A stretch of 25,700 nt of DNA from a virus (Duplodnaviria; Caudoviricetes), in the IMG/VR virus record IMGVR_UViG_3300038530_001723, positions 1 to 25,700 of that record; one strand, written 5' to 3'. Position numbers and translations under genes: made by a program. A model generated the notes under the pieces. The model was not told the origin of the DNA and did not search any database. It was given only the letters and a program-made list of their open reading frames with translations. Numbering within the stretch: position 1 is the stretch's first letter; each line of letters begins with the position of its first letter. Of this stretch, positions 24,264-25,700 are shown piece after piece.

Positions 24264-25700
24264 TGAAGTTCAAAAACTTGCAGGTAGTCTTAGTGATTTA
24301 AATAAAATCACTTTACAATCAGGCGTTGAATTTCAAGGGTTTGCTAAAAAATTAATAAAAATGTCCGATGCTACTAGCAAAGCAGGTAAAAAATGGACTA
24401 TTTTTGGTAGGCTTGTTTCCGGAAGTCCTTTGTGGAGATTACAAAATAAAGTAAGAGCATTTGTTGATATATTAGCACAGGTAGAAGAATCATCTAAGGC
24501 GAATGCCGAAGCAGTAAGGGAGCAAAATCAAAGAGTCATAGATAGTGTTCAAACATTTGAAAGCCTAGAAAAACCGCTTGCTAGCGCAATACGATTACAA
24601 AAAAGTCTTTCTAGCGGAACTATGCTTCATAATGCTCTAAGACGAAAGGGAAATAAAGAATTAAAAGAAGCAATAAAGGGGTCATTTGCATATAATTTAG
24701 CAATTATGGAAGGCGATAAAAAGAATGTAGCGTATGCAAAGGGCTTAGATGAAATAATTAAAAAGGGTAAGCAACAAGAAAAGCAGTTTTTTGTCGCCCG
24801 TAAACAAGCAATATTTGAAAAAAATATGAAAACTGAAAAGGGTAGAGCAAAGATATTAAAAGACATACGAAAACAACAGGAAGAAATAGCCCTAGCAAGA
24901 CCCAAGTTACCAACTGGACAGCAGATTGGCGACAAAGCCTTTGACCTTATAGCGGCTTCATTTGACGGATTATTGAAAGCACAAGAAATAACTGAAAAGG
25001 TTATGGATAGCATAAAGAATGAAGGTTTGATTAAAACTGCCGGTAAGGTATTTGATAAGGTGGCGGGTTGGATTGCGAAAAGCGAAAAACTACAAAAACT
25101 AAGAATAAGAGTAGCAGTAATGGCTCTTGCATTTTTTGGATTTTTAAAACCAATATTTAGTTATTTATTCAAGGCATTAATATTGATGGTTGTTGTTATC
25201 GGAATAATAATGCTAGCAGTTAAGGTCTTATTCGATACTTATGATTTAATGGGAGATTTGCCCTTCTTCTTTGATTTAGTTAAACTTGTAGGGGGGGCAA
25301 TTTTGAATAATTTAGTTCTAATATTCCAAATGATAGGAGCATTGCTTGGCGGAGACATATATACTTTCATTGATTATGCTTTAGAATTTGTAGATGGTTT
25401 GTTGATAATTGGTTTTGGTCTTCTTGGAATATTAGCATATGGAGCAGTTGCGGTAATAGGAGGGCTATTCTTTTCGGCCTTAGACACAGTATGGTCTTAT
25501 TTTACAGGGTATATACCAATGTTATTTGGCGGAGAAGCAGGTGAATTTACAAAGGCTGTAAATAAAATATTACTAAAAGGGCTGTTAGTATTTGCGGCTG
25601 TATATGCGGCAAAACATTTAGCAATACAATTGCTAAGTATTGCTATACAAAAAGGGTTCATGATATTACTACCTGTAATATTAATAGGTGCATTAATAGG
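24253..25700 (+). CDS. Tape measure protein, 3'-truncated (not in ORF track)
   Basis: GTG 24253 (MADDEVQKLAGSLSDL...), open to the window end. Charged helical N-terminal part, then long hydrophobic stretches from about 25110. Follows the chaperone pair. Confidence 0.75.
   Translation, partial: MADDEVQKLAGSLSDLNKITLQSGVEFQGFAKKLIKMSDATSKAGKKWTIFGRLVSGSPLWRLQNKVRAFVDILAQVEESSKANAEAVREQNQRVIDSVQTFESLEKPLASAIRLQKSLSSGTMLHNALRRKGNKELKEAIKGSFAYNLAIMEGDKKNVAYAKGLDEIIKKGKQQEKQFFVARKQAIFEKNMKTEKGRAKILKDIRKQQEEIALARPKLPTGQQIGDKAFDLIAASFDGLLKAQEITEKVMDSIKNEGLIKTAGKVFDKVAGWIAKSEKLQKLRIRVAVMALAFFGFLKPIFSYLFKALILMVVVIGIIMLAVKVLFDTYDLMGDLPFFFDLVKLVGGAILNNLVLIFQMIGALLGGDIYTFIDYALEFVDGLLIIGFGLLGILAYGAVAVIGGLFFSALDTVWSYFTGYIPMLFGGEAGEFTKAVNKILLKGLLVFAAVYAAKHLAIQLLSIAIQKGFMILLPVILIGALI

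Larger units (their letters stand above)
1..25700 (+). mobile_element. Tailed dsDNA virus (Caudoviricetes) head-neck-tail module, probably of an archaeal virus (magrovirus-like)
   Basis: Co-oriented portal, HK97-type protease, MCP, adaptor, tail tube, chaperone pair and tape measure genes in canonical order. Many GGTGA/GAGGT SD motifs (e.g. 13641, 14686, 16166, 17473, 18151, 23488). No cellular housekeeping genes. Host assignment is inference. Confidence 0.9.

Noticed and set aside
291-25013. All minus-strand ORFs in the track (e.g. 4739-5215, 5303-6121, 18989-19513, 24627-25013)
   Set aside because: They are F/S/L/I-rich antisense shadows of K/E-rich plus-strand genes, overlap them fully and have no independent motifs.
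1-25700. tRNA, rRNA, integrase or transposase
   Set aside because: Intergenic gaps are under about 60 nt and no such motifs were seen.

Overview
The whole window is one + strand, densely packed virion morphogenesis region of a tailed (HK97-fold, siphovirus-type) dsDNA virus. The host is probably archaeal, judged from recurrent GGTGA/GAGGT ribosome-binding sites and a TATA-like box before an apparently leaderless gene. Gene content and low GC suggest a marine euryarchaeal (magrovirus-like) virus, but that is inference. Gene order: small basic head-region proteins, portal with two Zn-ribbon insertions, a 1487-aa K/E-rich protein, small proteins, ATP-dependent DNA ligase-like protein, prohead protease-scaffold, major capsid protein, small beta-rich capsid proteins, an unexpected membrane protein/Arf-like small GTPase/Zn-finger cluster, head-tail adaptor, tail terminator, tail tube, a tail chaperone pair with a -1 slippery site, and a truncated tape measure gene. 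The most notable observations are (1) the Arf/Sar1-like GTPase module inside the structural operon, (2) a W-x-[DEN]-[IV]-[LH]-[KR] peptide shared by the scaffold C-terminus and four unrelated proteins, a candidate capsid cargo-loading signal, and (3) a ligase with a degenerate LigD phosphoesterase-like tail between portal and protease. All calls come from reading motifs and synteny; no database searches were run.
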